This document shows positions 23,244 through 26,058 of a stretch of DNA of 26,058 bases, piece by piece. A program made the position numbers and the translations under genes. The notes beneath the pieces were generated by a model. It was not told the origin of the DNA and did no database searches. It worked only from the letters and a program-made list of their open reading frames with translations. Each line of letters starts with the position of its first letter. Positions within the stretch are counted from its first letter, which is position 1. This stretch comes from Chthoniobacterales bacterium (GTDB lineage: Bacteria > Verrucomicrobiota > Verrucomicrobiia > Chthoniobacterales > UBA10450): positions 1-26,058 of the forward strand of contig DATFCK010000520.1 in NCBI GenBank assembly GCA_035253185.1, read 5' to 3'.

Positions 23244-24527
23244 ATGAAATGGCGCAACCAATTGCTTGCGTTGTTCTGCCTCCTTGCCTTCGCCGGTCTG
23301 GGGATTCTTTATTTTCAGCACTGGGTCGTTCAAAAGCCATTCGGTATCGTACTGCTCATCGGCGAAGGGCTGACGCCGCATCGGCTGGCCGCGACCCGGG
23401 TTTTTGCTGGAGGAGCGGACGCCAGACTTGTGCTCGATTCGATGCCGCATTTTGCGTTGCTTTCCAATGCGTCCAAAGATTTCGCCACGCCGGACCAGTC
23501 CGCTGCCGCTACCGCGCTGGCTACCGGGGTAAAGGTCAAGAATCGGGCACTGTCGGTTAATGCCGAAGGCCGCGCTTTAATTACCTTGCTGGACTTGGCG
23601 CGCGATCGCGGCCGCGCCACCGGGCTTATCACGAACGCGCAGATCACGGATCCGACTGCGGCTGCCTTTTACGCGCATTCCAACGACAGCGCTGACCAGG
23701 ACGGCATCGCGGGCGCCCTTAGCGACGCTTCCAATATCGATTTGGTGATGGGCGGCGGCGTCGCGCGTTTCCTGCCTGAAACCAAAGGGGGGGAACGCCA
23801 GGACGGGCGCGATTTGTTGCTGGAGCTACGGCGGAATGGGTATGACATCGTGAAAAACCGGGCCGAATTGGAGGGAATTCCGGCCTGGCGCCGGGCCAAG
23901 TTGTTTGGGGCATTTGCGCCTAACGAAATGGCTTTCGCAAACCAGATTGAAGAGAGGAGCGATCAACCCAGTCTCGCTGATATGGTCCGTCGCGCGGTTG
24001 AGCTGCTGCAATATAACCCAGGAGGATATTTGTTAGTGGTGGACGCGGGATTAATGCGAAAAGCCGCAGTGGCGAATCAGGCGGAGCGAACATTCTCCGA
24101 AACAATTGAGCTCGATCGAGCGTTGGCAACAGCCCGGCGTTATGCCGGGCCGAAGTCAACCATTATCGCCTGCGGCGACGTTGGGATTGGCGGGCTGAGC
24201 TTGAATGGCTTCCCGTTCCGGAAAGACAGCGGGCTGGCATTGTTAGGCTTGAATTCGGCCGGCCAGCCGTGGCTGACCTGGGCTACCGGGCCTAACGGGA
24301 TTGGTTCTTATGGCTCAGTCAAAAACACAAAGCCGGACGTGGAAAATGGCACCCCTCCACCACCCACATCGGGACCAACCCAGGTGGAGCCCGCCGCCGT
24401 CTTCAACAAGAGCGCGCTCAATACCGTCGACGATGTCGCGGCGTTTGGCGCCGGACCCGGAAGTGAAACACTTCAGGGCGTTCTTGAGAACACGGTGGTG
24501 TTTCGCATCATTCGCGACAAGCTTTGA
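23244..24527 (+). CDS. Alkaline-phosphatase-family protein with degenerate active site; N-terminal membrane anchor
   Basis: AP scaffold motifs VLLIGEG, AAATALATGVKVKN, ATGLITNA, IDLVMGGG, KLFGAFA, PSLADMVRRAVELL..NPGGYLLVV and DVAAFGAGPG. Catalytic positions are substituted (see findings). Confidence 0.88.
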   Translation: MKWRNQLLALFCLLAFAGLGILYFQHWVVQKPFGIVLLIGEGLTPHRLAATRVFAGGADARLVLDSMPHFALLSNASKDFATPDQSAAATALATGVKVKNRALSVNAEGRALITLLDLARDRGRATGLITNAQITDPTAAAFYAHSNDSADQDGIAGALSDASNIDLVMGGGVARFLPETKGGERQDGRDLLLELRRNGYDIVKNRAELEGIPAWRRAKLFGAFAPNEMAFANQIEERSDQPSLADMVRRAVELLQYNPGGYLLVVDAGLMRKAAVANQAERTFSETIELDRALATARRYAGPKSTIIACGDVGIGGLSLNGFPFRKDSGLALLGLNSAGQPWLTWATGPNGIGSYGSVKNTKPDVENGTPPPPTSGPTQVEPAAVFNKSALNTVDDVAAFGAGPGSETLQGVLENTVVFRIIRDKL

Positions 24528-24560
24528 TTCTCGTTGTTGAGACGATTGCGCCTAACCGAA

Positions 24561-24602
24561 AAACAAAAACCCGTTTCCGATCAACGGAAACGGGTCTTGT
24601 TT
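24561..24602. terminator. Probable bidirectional Rho-independent terminator between convergent genes
   Basis: Stem acccgtttccg-atcaa-cggaaacgggt (24569-24595), flanked by aaacaaaa on the left and cttgttt on the right. Confidence 0.85.
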
Positions 24603-24617
24603 GAGGCGTAAACCTGA

Positions 24618-25907
24618 TTACGGACTTGCCGGGGCCACCACCGGGGTAAACACAAACGGCGGTGGCGGAGGCAACGCCGAACCAGGGCCTTCAGCCGGAC
24701 CTTCTTCTGGAATGTCCTTGGCGTCGGCCATGTCTTTGAAGTCTTTTCCGTCGAGAACGGTTTTACCGTCCCCAGCCATGGTGTCGTGACCGGGTCCTTC
24801 GGCCGGAGTATTGGCCGCGACCAAATTTTCGCGTTTTTCACCGCCAAACGCCGCAATCTCGGCGACCGAGAACGGCGCACTGGGTTCGGCCGGCGTCCAT
24901 TTTAGCAAAATATATCGGCCGGTCGTTTCAGGGAAATCAACCGCGGCGCGCCCGGAACCTTCGTCGTTAACCGAGCCAACCTGCTGCATGCCGGCCATCG
25001 AAGCTTCATCCAGCTGCAAACTCTTGGCCGACGCAGCTTGTGGTCCGCCGGGCAATGATTGCAGCACATAAAAATCGAGCTTGCCGCGACCGGGCGAATA
25101 CAGCGCTGAGATGCGGCGCAGCTTGGTGGCCTTTCCGAGATCGACTACTGCGGTCGGCGCCGCGTCCGGCGGGGCGAAGTTATAAACGGTGCCAGGCTGG
25201 TCGTCGATCATGTTGTTAGCCTGCTTCACGTCTTCTCCGGAACTGACATACACGGCCCGAGCTTTGGCGTGAAGATCGCTGACCTTGTAGCTAACCATCG
25301 CCAGGCTGTCTGACGCGGTTTTGCGGGCTCTCGGCATGGTGAAGGCTGAAACTGTCGGAGTCGAATAAACTCCAAGATCGGCAATACGGCCCGGCTCGGT
25401 GACGTTGAAGGTCAGCCGCAGATATTTGGCTTCGCTGGGTCCGATTTTGACTTTAACTGAATCACTCGTTAGGTCTTGCTCGGCGATCGTATTCCACTGA
25501 GGGCTGTCGGCCGGCAGCTTGGCGTTGGAAGTAGCAATGGTTACGCGCCCTTTGGTGTTTTGTTGAAGAAAAGAGACGCTGTCAATGTTTTCGACCTTAC
25601 CGAGCGACACCAGCACGCTGGTGGTACCGTTAGGCAGATCGTAACCGGCAGTCGGATCGCCGGCCAGCAATGCCGCTTCGGCCGATGCGTCACCCTTGGG
25701 GGTAACCTCGATTTGAGCACCCAGCGGATAACGAGCAAGGTTTTCCGGGTAAGACGGCGCCTGTTCTACGGTGAGCGCAGGCACTTTTTGGAGGACGAGT
25801 TCAGCCGCGGCCGAATAGCTGGCGAAGGAGCAGAGGGAAACTGCTACCAGGCCAAAGAATGCTGGACGGCGCACGGAAACAAAGAGGGACGGCTTTATAA
25901 TTTCCAT
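24618..25907 (-). CDS. Exported hypothetical protein with two discoidin/F5-8-type-C-like beta-sandwich domains and a Pro-rich C-terminus
   Basis: Signal-like AFFGLVAVSLCSFASYSAAA. Domain 1: NLARYPLGA...VLVSLGKVENIDSVSF...AKYLRLTF...IADLGVY. Domain 2: NMIDDQPGT...AVVDLGKATKLRRISA...GRYILLKW...VAEIAAFG. Start at ATG 25907 because ATG 25922 overlaps the -10 box. Confidence 0.75.
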   Translation of the reverse strand: MEIIKPSLFVSVRRPAFFGLVAVSLCSFASYSAAAELVLQKVPALTVEQAPSYPENLARYPLGAQIEVTPKGDASAEAALLAGDPTAGYDLPNGTTSVLVSLGKVENIDSVSFLQQNTKGRVTIATSNAKLPADSPQWNTIAEQDLTSDSVKVKIGPSEAKYLRLTFNVTEPGRIADLGVYSTPTVSAFTMPRARKTASDSLAMVSYKVSDLHAKARAVYVSSGEDVKQANNMIDDQPGTVYNFAPPDAAPTAVVDLGKATKLRRISALYSPGRGKLDFYVLQSLPGGPQAASAKSLQLDEASMAGMQQVGSVNDEGSGRAAVDFPETTGRYILLKWTPAEPSAPFSVAEIAAFGGEKRENLVAANTPAEGPGHDTMAGDGKTVLDGKDFKDMADAKDIPEEGPAEGPGSALPPPPPFVFTPVVAPASP

Positions 25908-25920
25908 AGCTACAAAAAAC

Positions 25921-25950
25921 ATAATAGGCGATCGGCCGCGCTTTTGGCAA
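25921..25950 (-). promoter_or_regulatory. Putative promoter of the discoidin-like gene
   Basis: Minus strand TTGCCA-N18-TATTAT, 13 nt before ATG 25907. Confidence 0.55.
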
Positions 25951-26058
25951 TACTTTTCTTATCCACTTCCATACCCCAAAACGCTTCCTCGCCTCCCCAC
26001 GAAGCCCAGTGAACCGTTTTTGGCTTTTAATCGCAAGGAAAATCCGGGTCTCCCCCTG

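Noticed and set aside
25959-25967. DnaA-box-like TTATCCACT suggesting oriC
   Set aside because: A single 8/9 match with no cluster of boxes or AT-rich unwinding repeats.
25476-26012. ORF 25476..26012 (+)
   Set aside because: Mostly antisense to the discoidin-like gene and runs through its promoter; no motifs.

Overview
This is a gene-dense, mostly housekeeping bacterial chromosome segment. Gene content and style suggest Verrucomicrobiota, probably Chthoniobacterales/Spartobacteria (an inference, not a database result). Recognisable genes, left to right: partial M28 peptidase lipoprotein (missed by the ORF track), parB, NarL/LuxR response regulator, mqnD, a small membrane protein, DegT aminotransferase, tRNA-Tyr(GUA), a glycine-zipper/basic-tail protein, an RRM RNA-binding protein, a ketosynthase plus a catalytically dead ketosynthase-like partner, lptD, ugd, rsmB, M29 aminopeptidase, a 1174-aa TPR/TM protein, coaX, hemB, a PD-(D/E)xK (MmcB-like) protein, gpmI, an alkaline-phosphatase homolog and a tandem discoidin-like exported protein. 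I found no mobile element, CRISPR array, rRNA or prophage. The most unusual signals are: an alkaline-phosphatase homolog lacking its nucleophile and Zn1 ligands; the large TPR-TM-acidic protein ending in an unrecognised 5-repeat domain; an orphan KS/chain-length-factor pair; repeated sigma70-type promoters placed 6-7 nt before start codons (probable leaderless mRNAs); a perfect 30-bp palindrome and G-rich structured region upstream of parB; an in-frame heptamer-repeat insertion in mqnD; and a REP-like doublet.
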